Source of the DNA: a virus
Lineage: Duplodnaviria > Caudoviricetes
Reading direction: 5' to 3' (one strand)
Virus record (IMG/VR): IMGVR_UViG_3300028603_000032
Location: 1 to 64,000 of that record
Length of the DNA: 64,000 nucleotides
This document shows positions 37,904-47,240 of this stretch, in pieces (the stretch's first letter is position 1; the number at the start of each line of letters is the position of its first letter). Position numbers and translations under genes: made by a program. Under the pieces are notes generated by a model, which did no database searches, was not told the DNA's origin, and was given only the letters and a program-made list of their open reading frames with translations.

Positions 37904-38117
37904 CCTGCACTCCAGTTGGTTGACCGCACCGCCCGTTAGCGGGCACTCGACGTTAGCTTGAACCAATATAGGAATTCAGCCGGCATCCCGTCCCTACCCG
38001 CTGGCTGAATGAGCCCCCTCCGGTCTTGGTGTCCCTCCCAGGCCGGAGGGGGTGTTCTAGTCCTCACCCGCGTTCAACCCAACCTCAAAGCTCCGGCTCG
38101 ATCAGGTGAACAAATGA

Positions 38118-38399
38118 ATGCGCCGCCCCGCCCCCAGACACGTCAATGGTACTCGCACACCATTTACGCCCCTGACCCCGGATTCGATAATGTTCCATCT
38201 TGGGAGACTGGAGGAGCGGACAGACCTCCTCGTTACCCGTATTACGGACCTGGAGCGCACAGCCAAGCGCAAGCGCCTGCCTTCTTTCCCCTGGCGGGAG
38301 ATCATGCCATGGGCCTGGGGCATCATCATGTTCATCATGGCCCTCGTGTCCCCACAAACAGTGGATCGGGTAGGCAAACTGATGGCCCTCGTGAGGTAG
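38118..38399 (+). CDS. Small coiled-coil + TM protein (holin/XhlA-like)
   Basis: LGRLEERTDLLVTRITDLE followed by WAWGIIMFIMALV; start uncertain. Confidence 0.4.
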   Translation: MRRPAPRHVNGTRTPFTPLTPDSIMFHLGRLEERTDLLVTRITDLERTAKRKRLPSFPWREIMPWAWGIIMFIMALVSPQTVDRVGKLMALVR

Positions 38400-38502
38400 T
38401 AAAAACTACGGGGATCATATTCGCCATTATCATGACTGGTATAGCCGCGGCTGCTCTTACGGTCGCGGTTATAGATCACCTGCAAATCGGGCTATCCGGA
38501 TT

Positions 38503-39921
38503 TTAGCGTGTAACTCGACGCTCGATAAACTTTCTCGTTGGTGTGGAATCTGCTTCGCGTTGCATGCGTGCGTACTCGTCGTCTTCGGCATGGCAGACCT
38601 CCCACTCGATGTGGTGGAACACGTAATGACAGTTGCCGCAGCCAGGATCGAGACCTTCCAGAACCTTGACGTGGCCATGCTCGTCGGGCGGGCAGGTGAT
38701 GACTGGCGCGCGGAAACTGCCTTCGGGGTACTCCCCCTTGCAGTACGGGCATTGGCGCAGCTTGCCAGACTCCATCAACAGCACCTTGGCGCGGATGGTG
38801 CCGAACGAGTAGCCGCGGCCGGCACGGTTGGCGATCTTGGTCAGCCCGTTGACGGCCTCGGTATAGGCATTCGTCACCGGGTAATCGAAGAATGCGAATA
38901 TCTCGCTGCGCCAGTTCTCGACCATGTTGGCGACAGGCCGGAACTCGGTCTCGATGCGTTCGTCGATCTTCCTTGCCCAAGCGTCGAAGCGCTTCTCAGC
39001 CACGGCACGGCTCTTGGCGGCGAAGATGTCGTAAAACCGCTCTTTGGCGTGCCAAGCAGCATCGAGCAGTGGGTTATTGCCGATTAGCCCGTCGAGCATC
39101 ATGCGGCGCATCGGAGAGAGGCGGTGGCGGCTGGTTTGCAGCAGGAGCTTACCTTGCCTAGGGTTACGCCGAGGGGTCTTGCTGGCCTTCCTGGCGCGAT
39201 TGCGCACCCTATCCAACGCGAAGTTCGCCTTGCTCAGGACGTGCCACTTGTCGATCACGATCTGGGCACCGGGTAGCAAGGCGCGGGCGGCATTCTTGTA
39301 TGGCCCCCACATATCGATCGCGACGATCTTAATGCTCTCGCGCTTGGGCAGATGCAGCAGCCAGCGCTCAACGCGGCGCCGGTCCATGCTGTCGATGATG
39401 TCAAGCGGGCGGCGGGCGCCAATGTCAACGAAGATGGTGCGCTTGCGGCCCAGAAGCGTCAACTCGTCGATACCGAGCATCAATGGCGCCTCGATCTTGC
39501 GCTCGGCAATACGCCGTTCCATGGCCTCGTTGCAGATGTTGCGGATCGTCTTCTCGTTGCAGCCGATGTGACGGGAGAGTGCCGCATAGGTCTGCGGGAC
39601 GCCCTGTTCTTCAATGTACCGCACGCACCGCTTGGTCATCTGGCGCCGCGAATCCATGTCAGGCAGCGGCTGCATGGACGTGGCGTTGCACTCTCGACAT
39701 CTGTAGCGCTGCACCTCGGCGATAATGACCACCTGCTTGCCGAATGCTGGGGCGTCCCGGTACTCGATGGTCTTGGTGCCGTGTCGGTACAGGCGCCCGA
39801 CGCAGCCGCACTTGGGGCAAGTGTCAAGCAATCTTTGACAGTTCGCTTTCGCCTCGCGAACATCGCCGACGATGCGCATTTCGCGCACGTCCCATCCGTC
39901 CAGCCAGAGACCGTTGGTCAT
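38503..39921 (-). mobile_element. ISL3-family transposase (no IS ends recognised)
   Basis: CPKCG zinc ribbon, LGIDE, VAIDMWGPY, IDKWHV, TNAYTEAVNGLTK..R...GY.F; extra C-terminal CPYC..CGNCH. Confidence 0.82.
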
Positions 39922-39981
39922 GACCGCAGCCAGCGCTTGATTTTCGACTTCACTTCCGTCGCGTCCGGTCGTCTGTCAAAC

Positions 39982-40185
39982 TCATCGTGCCACTGGATCA
40001 GTTCGTCTATTTCCTGCATCAGGGCGGCCATGCGCGGATTCCAGTTCTTCCGTCTCGTCGTCGAGGTCGTCGGGCTCGTAGCCGAAGCAGTGCGCGCAGG
40101 CATAGGTTTCGATCCCGTATTGATCGCAGCGAGAGATGCTGACGTTGGTCCTGCCGCAGCAGTCACATGATCCGAAAGCCATCAT
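39982..40185 (-). CDS. Small Cys-rich hypothetical protein
   Basis: CDCC…CAHC; RBS GAGGAAG. Confidence 0.5.
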   Translation of the reverse strand: MMAFGSCDCCGRTNVSISRCDQYGIETYACAHCFGYEPDDLDDETEELESAHGRPDAGNRRTDPVAR

Positions 40186-40430
40186 TCTTCCTCATCGCAA
40201 AGCTCTAGCCCCGCGTCGATCCGCGCACCCGGCCACGTCTTCTCCGCCTTAGCGACGGCCTCATCCTCGGTGCAGCCGCGCTTCATTGTGAAGAAGCCAT
40301 CCGGAACGGCGCCATTGCTCCAGTCGTGGTCGTCCCAATCACGCGCATCAACGTACAGATCGCCTTGCCAAAACCCCTTCTCGTGGAAGGACACCACGAC
40401 GACATCGGCTGCATGATCCTTAGGTGTCAT
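40182..40430 (-). CDS. Hypothetical protein
   Basis: RBS AAGGAG; acidic; overlaps the next gene. Confidence 0.6.
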   Translation of the reverse strand: MTPKDHAADVVVVSFHEKGFWQGDLYVDARDWDDHDWSNGAVPDGFFTMKRGCTEDEAVAKAEKTWPGARIDAGLELCDEEE

Positions 40431-40980
40431 AAGTGACTCCTTATCCCGGTTTGCGCGTCATATTTGACGACTAAACTATTCAGCAGGATGCGGGTCAGCG
40501 CCCACCAGTCGGCTCCACTATTCCACATCAAGTTCCGAAATTAATACAGGTGCCAGCGGACCCCATGTCAACACCTAAATCCGGAAAGCCGCAAATCGTT
40601 GCTGGGTGATGGCAGGCGTGGTGCTGGTGGTCTAGCTCAGAAGAGGCAACTCTTCAGAGCCCCCATTTGATCAGAACGTCGAGGAAGCGTGCGATCAATC
40701 GCTCGATCATAGGCCGGGCCAGGAATCCAAGCGTAAACGCGACGACGAGAAATGGCCACTCCATGATGGGTCTACCTCCCTCAACCACTCGTCCGCTGTG
40801 CGTCGAGCCTGCGTTGTGCATCGCGCTGAAACGGACGCATATACCGGCGGCAATCCCTGCAGGCTACGGCGTAGCCGGCGAATGCGCCAACAACGAACGT
40901 CCAAGCTGTAAATTCCATCGTCTCTTTCCTCTACCCCCCACGCCTGCTGTCTTCGCTAGTTCATCGTATTTGTCCATGCT

Positions 40981-41244
40981 CTAGCCCCTTGCCCGCAAGT
41001 CTGCGGATATCCCCACCATCGCCTCATTGGACGACAGACCGCCGGTACGCCACAGTTCTTCGGCTAGCTTTGCTTTAGCCAGTGCAGCACGTAGGCGCCT
41101 GATCTCTGCGGCGGCATTCTGTGCAGCAGTCTCGGCGCGACGGTCAAATCCGCATTTACAGACGTGATATCGCGCATCGCAGCCGCGTTCGTGGTCGCCA
41201 GCATAAACCTCCCGCAGCCTCTCCACTATGTCTGTTGGTTCCAT
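40981..41244 (-). CDS. Hypothetical protein (DIVERLR family)
   Basis: TDIVERLR…AAAEIRRLR pattern common in phage early genes. Confidence 0.55.
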   Translation of the reverse strand: MEPTDIVERLREVYAGDHERGCDARYHVCKCGFDRRAETAAQNAAAEIRRLRAALAKAKLAEELWRTGGLSSNEAMVGISADLRARG

Positions 41245-41266
41245 CGGGCGGCCTCGGCCTTTCGTG

Positions 41267-41488
41267 TCATTCGGGCAGTTGGTCAAAACACCCGTCACAT
41301 AAGAAGTGCATGCTCGGCTTGAATAGATCGTAGACCTTGCGCTTCCTGTGCTGTCCGTGAGGCAGCGTGTTCCCGCACCGTGCGCAACAGGTCAGTTGCT
41401 GGACTGATCCAAAAAAGCCTGGCTTGCGACACGCCCATCGTGCGGTGCTTTCGCCATCAGCAGTCTGCTCGTGGGCGGTGTCTGCCAT
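41267..41488 (-). CDS. Small Zn-ribbon protein
   Basis: CARC…CDGC; preceded by a repeat element with RBS. Confidence 0.55.
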   Translation of the reverse strand: MADTAHEQTADGESTARWACRKPGFFGSVQQLTCCARCGNTLPHGQHRKRKVYDLFKPSMHFLCDGCFDQLPE

Positions 41489-41526
41489 CCCCATCTCCCT
41501 ATGCTGTGCCGGTACTCTCCCGGATG

Positions 41527-41895
41527 TCACGGCTGGGCTTCGGCCAGCTTGGCCTTTCTGATCGCTCTCCGCAGCATCATGACATTCGCCCGATTGAGCT
41601 GCTTCGGGCGGAACTCATCTGGCAGCTCCTTAGCCATTGCCAGCAATTTAGGGCGTCTCATGTCGGTCAGCCCCATGCGATCGAAGTCCATCATCTCGCG
41701 GGCATCTTCCACCACGTCGAGAAGACCGCACCACTCTGGCGTGGTTCGATCGTCCGGCACCTTCCTTCCCATCTTGTCTTCCGTGCAGCGGCCACCACTA
41801 AGAAAACCGCAGTAAATCGTGCGAGTTGAGCATTTGACAACGGGCTCGCCTGACTCGCGATCAAAATACACTGAGGGTCCATGCGACCTTTGCAT
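41527..41895 (-). CDS. Hypothetical protein
   Basis: Flanked by repeat elements; GGAGA RBS. Confidence 0.55.
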   Translation of the reverse strand: MQRSHGPSVYFDRESGEPVVKCSTRTIYCGFLSGGRCTEDKMGRKVPDDRTTPEWCGLLDVVEDAREMMDFDRMGLTDMRRPKLLAMAKELPDEFRPKQLNRANVMMLRRAIRKAKLAEAQP

Positions 41896-41951
41896 TGAGT
41901 TCCGTCTCTCCATAGTTGGTGGTGCCGGTGCTCTCCCGGATGACACTGCAG

Positions 41952-42179
41952 TCAGATAACCTCGATCTTGAAGCGGCCACCGCAGTGCATGCCGCACGAA
42001 ATGAAGCCCTCGCCCTTCTGAAGATCCACTTCGACGTCGTAATCACGCGAGCGGAGATGAGGGCGAGCATACTTGTGGATCTCGGCAGCAAGCTCGTCAG
42101 CATCGGCTGCCTCGACGCCGAGACTCGCGACGTTGCGGTTGCGGCCGATCCTCTCAAAAGTGACATCGTAGCAAATCAT
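41952..42179 (-). CDS. Hypothetical protein
   Basis: Preceded by repeat with AGGAGAG RBS. Confidence 0.6.
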   Translation of the reverse strand: MICYDVTFERIGRNRNVASLGVEAADADELAAEIHKYARPHLRSRDYDVEVDLQKGEGFISCGMHCGGRFKIEVI

Positions 42180-42217
42180 CGGGCGGGTCTCTCCTCTATC
42201 CTCAGCCTCGGGGGCTT

Positions 42218-42535
42218 TCAGAGATCATCCACTATCTGGTTGATGGAGGCGCTTAGTGCCTCGCGAAGTTCCTTCTTCATGTCGCGCTTCAAAGCGCGCT
42301 TGATAAGCTCCGGCCGAGTTGGCTTGGCGGCGCGGACCGGAGGGCCGATGCTTTGCCTCTCGTCGAGCAGCCGATACAGTTCATTCCAGACAGCATCGCA
42401 CGCCTCGCCGTGCTCATCTATCGCCGCCTCCATGTTAGTCTTCCACGCAGGCGAGACGCGCGCTGCTCTTTCTCGTGCAACAAGCGAAAGCAGAAACGAC
42501 AGGTCGTCGTCGCCTAGTGCCGTGGCTGTTTCCAC
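42218..42535 (-). CDS. Hypothetical protein
   Basis: GTG start, helical; stop abuts a repeat element. Confidence 0.5.
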   Translation of the reverse strand: METATALGDDDLSFLLSLVARERAARVSPAWKTNMEAAIDEHGEACDAVWNELYRLLDERQSIGPPVRAAKPTRPELIKRALKRDMKKELREALSASINQIVDDL

Positions 42536-42546
42536 TTCCCGGCCCT

Positions 42547-42723
42547 TTATTGCTTGACGTTGGCACCGTTCAGCACGGCCGCTATCTTCTCCTGAACCAG
42601 CGGGTTCGCAAACTCGCGCTGCAGACGCTTGCACGCGAGCTTGGTCTGCTCTCGCCGCTGCTCTGGCGTCATCTCGCCGATTTTCATGTTCCGCCCGTCT
42701 GGGTGCTTCGGCCAGTTGCTCAT
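42547..42723 (-). CDS. 58-aa hypothetical (MSNWPKHPDGRNMKIGEMTPEQRR…)
   Basis: Below ORF-track cutoff; preceded by a repeat containing RBS. Confidence 0.55.
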   Translation of the reverse strand: MSNWPKHPDGRNMKIGEMTPEQRREQTKLACKRLQREFANPLVQEKIAAVLNGANVKQ

Positions 42724-42759
42724 CGCCGTCTCTCCCTCTCTATCCTCAGCCTCGGGCCT

Positions 42760-42987
42760 TCATTGTACGTTGCTCTGTGAGTACGGCTTAAGGGCTTCCG
42801 TAGCCTTCTGGCGTAACTCGGCGGCGGCTTCCTCCAGCGCTGCGGCGGCATTCTTGAGTTCCCCTGTCCCGACGACGCGCCGCTTATGGTCTGCCAACGC
42901 ACGCAACACTTTGGCTCCAGCCTCCAAGCCAGATGCTTTGCCTATGTCAGCAGTCGCAGAGGCGACTATTGCATGCGCGTTACCCAT
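42760..42987 (-). CDS. Hypothetical protein
   Basis: RBS GAAAGGG; Ala-rich helix. Confidence 0.5.
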   Translation of the reverse strand: MGNAHAIVASATADIGKASGLEAGAKVLRALADHKRRVVGTGELKNAAAALEEAAAELRQKATEALKPYSQSNVQ

Positions 42988-43001
42988 GGTTCCGGCCCTT
43001 T

Positions 43002-43256
43002 CTATGCGGCGTTGCGCTTCGCTTTGTGGGCGGCGCGGATTTCCTCGCAACGCCTGAACACTTCCTGCGCAATCACATCCGGTCCGACCACATCGCGGAC
43101 CACGTACAGCTTCTCGTTGCCGCCGCGCCACTTGTTCTTAATGAATGCGCCAGGGCCGTACAGCTCGGCCAAAACGCCAGCATCCTCAACGTCCTTGCAA
43201 GCCGCCTTGTACTCGCCGGCCGCGTTGTGGACCTTCCACTCTGGTGTCGCCGCCAT
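43002..43256 (-). CDS. Hypothetical protein
   Basis: PEWKVHNAAGEYKAACK; preceded by the full repeat. Confidence 0.6.
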   Translation of the reverse strand: MAATPEWKVHNAAGEYKAACKDVEDAGVLAELYGPGAFIKNKWRGGNEKLYVVRDVVGPDVIAQEVFRRCEEIRAAHKAKRNAA

Positions 43257-43313
43257 CCCCGTCTCTCCTCATATCCTCAGCTACCATAGCTGTGCCGGTA
43301 CTCTCCCGGATGA

Positions 43314-43766
43314 TTACGACTGTGATGGCGGTGGCAGCAGCTTCGCCTCCTGAACGCGCTCGATCAGAGGGCGACCATCGCTGGTCAAAATGTACGGCAT
43401 AAATACCGCCTCGAATGATAGGATGCCGCACTCGACGGCCGTCACCTGCCCCTTTACCCAATCCCGCAGAATTGAGTTCACGGCGATCAGACCCTGCTGC
43501 AAAGCGCGCTGCTCGTGCTGCTGACAGGTGACGCGCATGCTAGTGCTCCACGGTTTGGCCTTAAGGTACATCTGAGCCCAGCCCTTGGCGGAGGCTTTGA
43601 GCTGTATCTGTCGGCCTCGGTGGGTGAACGCGAGCAGCACCGAATGGTCGCCAAAATCGTCCATGAAGCCGACGCTTTCGCAGCCGAACCGGCGAAGTAT
43701 CTTCACAACTTCGTCGCGGGCAGCGGCTCCGCTTGTCGCGCTCTCGTATGGGACCTGAGTTGCCAC
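43314..43766 (-). CDS. Conserved phage hypothetical protein
   Basis: PYESATSG…ILRRFGC…ILRDWVKGQVTAVECG..SFEAVFMP. Confidence 0.7.
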   Translation of the reverse strand: MATQVPYESATSGAAARDEVVKILRRFGCESVGFMDDFGDHSVLLAFTHRGRQIQLKASAKGWAQMYLKAKPWSTSMRVTCQQHEQRALQQGLIAVNSILRDWVKGQVTAVECGILSFEAVFMPYILTSDGRPLIERVQEAKLLPPPSQS

Positions 43767-43772
43767 AGACCT

Positions 43773-44042
43773 CTACTCCACAGGCTTCAATCTAGGCGTC
43801 CCGTCAGTCACTTCGCGAACGCGCGCTGCAATCGCCGCATGGCGATCGTCGTGGCAGCTTCCGATAGGATCGTCACCTAGTATAGCGCGTATGGCTTCAG
43901 GATCATCGCGTTGCGTCATCTCGTATACGCGATCATTAGGGGCGCGCTCGTCCACGACGAAAAGACGAAACCGCTCGTCTCCGCAGATCAGGTAGTCCGC
44001 AGAGCCGTCTTCCTTAATGTGGACTACCGCAACAGCTTCCAT
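43773..44042 (-). CDS. Hypothetical protein
   Basis: Preceded by the full repeat. Confidence 0.6.
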   Translation of the reverse strand: MEAVAVVHIKEDGSADYLICGDERFRLFVVDERAPNDRVYEMTQRDDPEAIRAILGDDPIGSCHDDRHAAIAARVREVTDGTPRLKPVE

Positions 44043-44098
44043 GCTTGGCCTCCTCTATCCTCAGCTACCATAGCTGTGCCGGTCTCTCCCGGATGTCA

Positions 44099-44323
44099 TC
44101 AGGCGAGCTTACCGCTGCACTGCCGAACGTCGATCTCGTTCCAGACCACGAACGTAGCTCCGCAGTGGTCGCAGATGACTGCGGTTCGTTCACCAGTTGA
44201 AGGGTGGTGCTGACCGTTATCTTTCAGACAGTGAGGGCAGCAATAGCCGCAATCTTCCGCATTGGAGTGATCACGTGAAGCGTCCCATACGGCGTCTTCA
44301 TCATAGAGATCAGCGAGTTTCAT
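44099..44323 (-). CDS. Small Zn-ribbon protein
   Basis: CPHC…CDHC. Confidence 0.6.
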   Translation of the reverse strand: MKLADLYDEDAVWDASRDHSNAEDCGYCCPHCLKDNGQHHPSTGERTAVICDHCGATFVVWNEIDVRQCSGKLA

Positions 44324-44350
44324 TGGCAGTTGCCCTCTCTATCCTCAGCT

Positions 44351-44394
44351 AACATAGCATTCCCATTGACGACAAGCAAGACTTGTCATACACT
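44351..44394. promoter_or_regulatory. Overlapping divergent sigma70-like promoters with palindromic operator
   Basis: + strand TTGACG-17-TACACT (44366-44394); - strand TTGCTT-17-TATGTT (44379-44351); GACAAG-N5-CTTGTC at 44371-44387. Confidence 0.55.
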
Positions 44395-44421
44395 GCCAAC
44401 ATGGAAATTTGCAGTGGTGAC

Positions 44422-44598
44422 ATGGTACGACCCCCGGTAACGGTGCGACTTGACCCGCGTCTACTAGAGCGGGTGGAGCGCTTTATGGCGAAGCAGAAAG
44501 TGCGGGTGAGCCGGACGGCCGTCTTCGAAGCTGCCCTGACGAAATTCCTCGACGAGCAAGAACCCGCCGACCAGAAGCCCAAGAGGAAGGGGAAGTGA
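44422..44598 (+). CDS. Ribbon-helix-helix (CopG/Arc-like) regulator
   Basis: PVTVRLDPRLLERVERFM…SRTAVFEAALTKFL. Confidence 0.75.
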   Translation: MVRPPVTVRLDPRLLERVERFMAKQKVRVSRTAVFEAALTKFLDEQEPADQKPKRKGK

Positions 44599-44780
44599 TG
44601 CCGAAGACATCACCAAGCGAAGATGACCTTCGACATGAACCAATAGGCCCGGTTCTTGATTTGTGGGAGGCTCTTGCGAAGGCGGGAGGCATGCCGCCGT
44701 TGGGGCCAGATCACGTCCGTGCCATCGTCGTGGCCTTCTGGCGCGTGAAGCAGGAAGAGCGCCGGCAGCGGAATGACTGA
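44595..44780 (+). CDS. Hypothetical protein
   Basis: GTGA overlap with the RHH gene. Confidence 0.45.
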   Translation: MMPKTSPSEDDLRHEPIGPVLDLWEALAKAGGMPPLGPDHVRAIVVAFWRVKQEERRQRND

Positions 44781-44789
44781 GGAGGCAGC

Positions 44790-44999
44790 ATGCGCAGGAC
44801 GATGGGCGATACTTGGTGGTCTGAGTTGCGGTGGCGTGTAGCGCTTCAGTTTCTGCTGTGGGGGACGAAGATCGCCCCTGCCGGAGACGCCCGCGGTTAT
44901 CTGATTGATCTCCATTTGCGGTGGATCGAGGAGTGCAAAAAGCAGTGGCGGATGCGCTACCCCCAATCCGATAGCCGCCAGCGGAAGCAACAGGAGTGA
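44790..44999 (+). CDS. Hypothetical protein
   Basis: RBS GAGGAGG. Confidence 0.5.
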   Translation: MRRTMGDTWWSELRWRVALQFLLWGTKIAPAGDARGYLIDLHLRWIEECKKQWRMRYPQSDSRQRKQQE

Positions 45000-45499
45000 G
45001 GAGGAAGGAGATGCGCGAGTGGGCCGTGATTTGTCTAAATGGAACGTCAACGACGGAGTTGATTGTCACTGTGTTCGCGTGCTCGTCCGGTAGCGCGTTC
45101 TGGAAATGCAGGCGCGCGGGGTTCCAGCCACTGGGACTGATCCCTGGCCCGGCGATATTCATCTAAGGAGGCATGTGGCGGGGGCTGTGACACGGTGACA
45201 AATCTGCCTGCCGTAGCACGTGGAAATCCACGGAGCGCTTTGCGGGGTTCAAGGCAGGCCCCGCCAGCCCCCTCCAGATGCTTCAGGAAAGGAGCCACCA
45301 GTGGACCCAATTGTTGTCCCGATCCCGATCCGTCCTGATCTGGTCGTGAAGGTGCAGATGCCCATTGACATCTCGCGCCAAGAAGCAGAGCGCGTTGCGC
45401 GTGTCGTGGCGGCGTTGGCCGGGGTCAAGAGATAGGAACGAGGGATGAACTTTCACGAGTTCCGCCACGAGATGAAGAACCCTAACACCTGATTCATAC

Positions 45500-45895
45500 A
45501 TGGAGCGCAAGATGGGCGATGGACGGGGCATCTACATAGCAAGCAAAACTAAACACGCAGACCGCTGGCGATTTCTTCGCGATAAGGTGGGAGAGCCGAT
45601 TATCTCCACCTGGATTGACGAGGCAGGGCCGGGTGAGAGCGCGGACCTAGATGATCTCTGGAGCCGCTGCATCTCTGAGGCGTCATCGTGCCAAGTGCTG
45701 ATCGTCTACCGGGAGCGCGATGAGATCCTGAAGGGTGCGTGGGTTGAGGTTGGCGCGGCGCTCGCATCCGGCATTCCTGTTTATGCCATTGGGCTGGACG
45801 AGTTCTCGCTCGCGAAGCACAAGCGACTGACCCACTTCAGGGACATGGCCGAGGCGATCGGGGCCGCGCGGTCATTGCGAAAAGCTGCGGCGTGA
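45500..45895 (+). CDS. Nucleoside 2-deoxyribosyltransferase-like protein
   Basis: IYIAS…STWID…C.SEASSCQVLIVY..GAWVEVGAALASGIPVY. Confidence 0.65.
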   Translation: MERKMGDGRGIYIASKTKHADRWRFLRDKVGEPIISTWIDEAGPGESADLDDLWSRCISEASSCQVLIVYRERDEILKGAWVEVGAALASGIPVYAIGLDEFSLAKHKRLTHFRDMAEAIGAARSLRKAAA

Positions 45896-45990
45896 GTCTC
45901 AGGAATGGAGCGAGGGATGCACGACGTGATGCGATACGCACGGCGCCTCCGGGATGAGGCCCGCGCCGCCCTGAGCCAGGAGGAGAAGCC

Positions 45991-46176
45991 GTGATCGATG
46001 TCATCATTCGTTTACTCGGTTTAGCGGTATCGTTGGCCGGGAGCGTGATAGTCCTCGCGATGTCCATTGGCGGCTACGAGCCGGACATGAGAATAGTCGC
46101 GTACATGGCAGCCGTTGCCATGATCCTGGGTGGCGGCGCACGGGCGCGTGTCAGGAGCCAGGAGGAGAAGCCGTGA
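45991..46176 (+). CDS. Small two-TM membrane protein flanked by 22-bp direct repeats
   Basis: Two hydrophobic helices; GAGCCAGGAGGAGAAGCCGTGA at 45973 and 46155. Confidence 0.55.
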   Translation: MIDVIIRLLGLAVSLAGSVIVLAMSIGGYEPDMRIVAYMAAVAMILGGGARARVRSQEEKP

Positions 46177-46508
46177 GTGATGATAAAATGACACAGCAGG
46201 ATCTCGCGTCGATATTCGGGGAAGAAATCCCCATGGAGGCGGTGCAACTCCTTTTCAGTGCGCCGGATCACATGCCAGTTCCGGTTCTGAGGGAAAAGCT
46301 CAATGATCTTGCCCGCAAGTACAAGAGGGCACCAAACGAGATCGAGGTCGTCTACGGCTACTTGCTGAATCGCTACATCAAGGCAGTTCGGGATGGCGAC
46401 AAGGAACTCTCAGAGGAGATATTCGCTGCCACTCGCACCTACCAGAAAATCTGGCCAGAGGATACGGCGCGGTGGGAAGCGCGGATGGACGCGAAAAAGG
46501 GGCAGTAG
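46173..46508 (+). CDS. Hypothetical protein
   Basis: GTGA overlap, RBS GGAGGAG. Confidence 0.55.
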   Translation: MSDDKMTQQDLASIFGEEIPMEAVQLLFSAPDHMPVPVLREKLNDLARKYKRAPNEIEVVYGYLLNRYIKAVRDGDKELSEEIFAATRTYQKIWPEDTARWEARMDAKKGQ

Positions 46509-46657
46509 CAGAGGCAAGGCGGGTGAGCCCACAGATTACCGGGTGAAGGTACCAGCAAGGGGGTTTAAGCGGCACGACCATGGACCCAAGATCGCCCAGC
46601 AAGGATCTAGCCAGCCGTGGTTCCGAGCCCCCACACACAGATAGAGGGAGAGAAGAC

Positions 46658-46876
46658 GTGAGCCAGTTGCTGACGACACCGTGTCCGTACTGCGGACGCC
46701 AGCCTGACGTAGACAAATGCGAGCCGTGGCCGAAGGATGCGGGGCCTCAGCCTTGGTATGCCCACTGCTACGTGAGCGGCAGCCGAGAGCACTTCATTGG
46801 CGTGAATGGCGACACCCGAGCTGACGCATTGAAGAATTGGGAGATCGAGGTGCGTGACCATAGGGCGGTTCGATAA
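46658..46876 (+). CDS. Lar-like Zn-ribbon protein
   Basis: LTTPCPYCG…WYAHC…ADALKNW. Confidence 0.45.
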   Translation: MSQLLTTPCPYCGRQPDVDKCEPWPKDAGPQPWYAHCYVSGSREHFIGVNGDTRADALKNWEIEVRDHRAVR

Positions 46877-47240
46877 AAGGAGCGAGACCACTGACTGACG
46901 AGAAGGGCAGCGGCGTGGAAGGACACGCGGGCGGTCTGGGAAGGGAATCGCCTCTAGCCAAGGCTATCCTACCGCGCCTGGGCGAGCCAACAGCTCGGTG
47001 GCCCCGTGAGGCGAAGTCAAGCCGGTATCAAGCCCGGCCTGCCCTTCTGGTCAGTCACTACCGCCCAGGTCTGAGGCTATCTCAGGCGATGCAACGGGGG
47101 ATATGGGTTGCACTCAGTCGCGGCCGGCGGCCCCCAACTTCGTCAGAAGCAGGATCACCTCGGCCTCGCTGCTAAACGCTCCCTATAGCTACACCAGGTG
47201 GCAGGGGCGTAAGTAAAGGCAGGAACTAAGGACCAGAGCT

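Larger units (their letters stand above)
41491..44358 (-). repeat. Seven dispersed intergenic repeat elements separating small genes
   Basis: Motif A CTCTATCCTCAGC and/or motif B GTGCCGGTACTCTCCCGGATG at 41503, 41922, 42188, 42731, 43262, 44049, 44333. Confidence 0.85.

Noticed and set aside
41491-44358. CRISPR array or integron attC array
   Set aside because: Repeats are separated by 200-700-bp ORFs, are partial or variable, contain RBSs, and lack attC R/L box symmetry; no cas or intI nearby.
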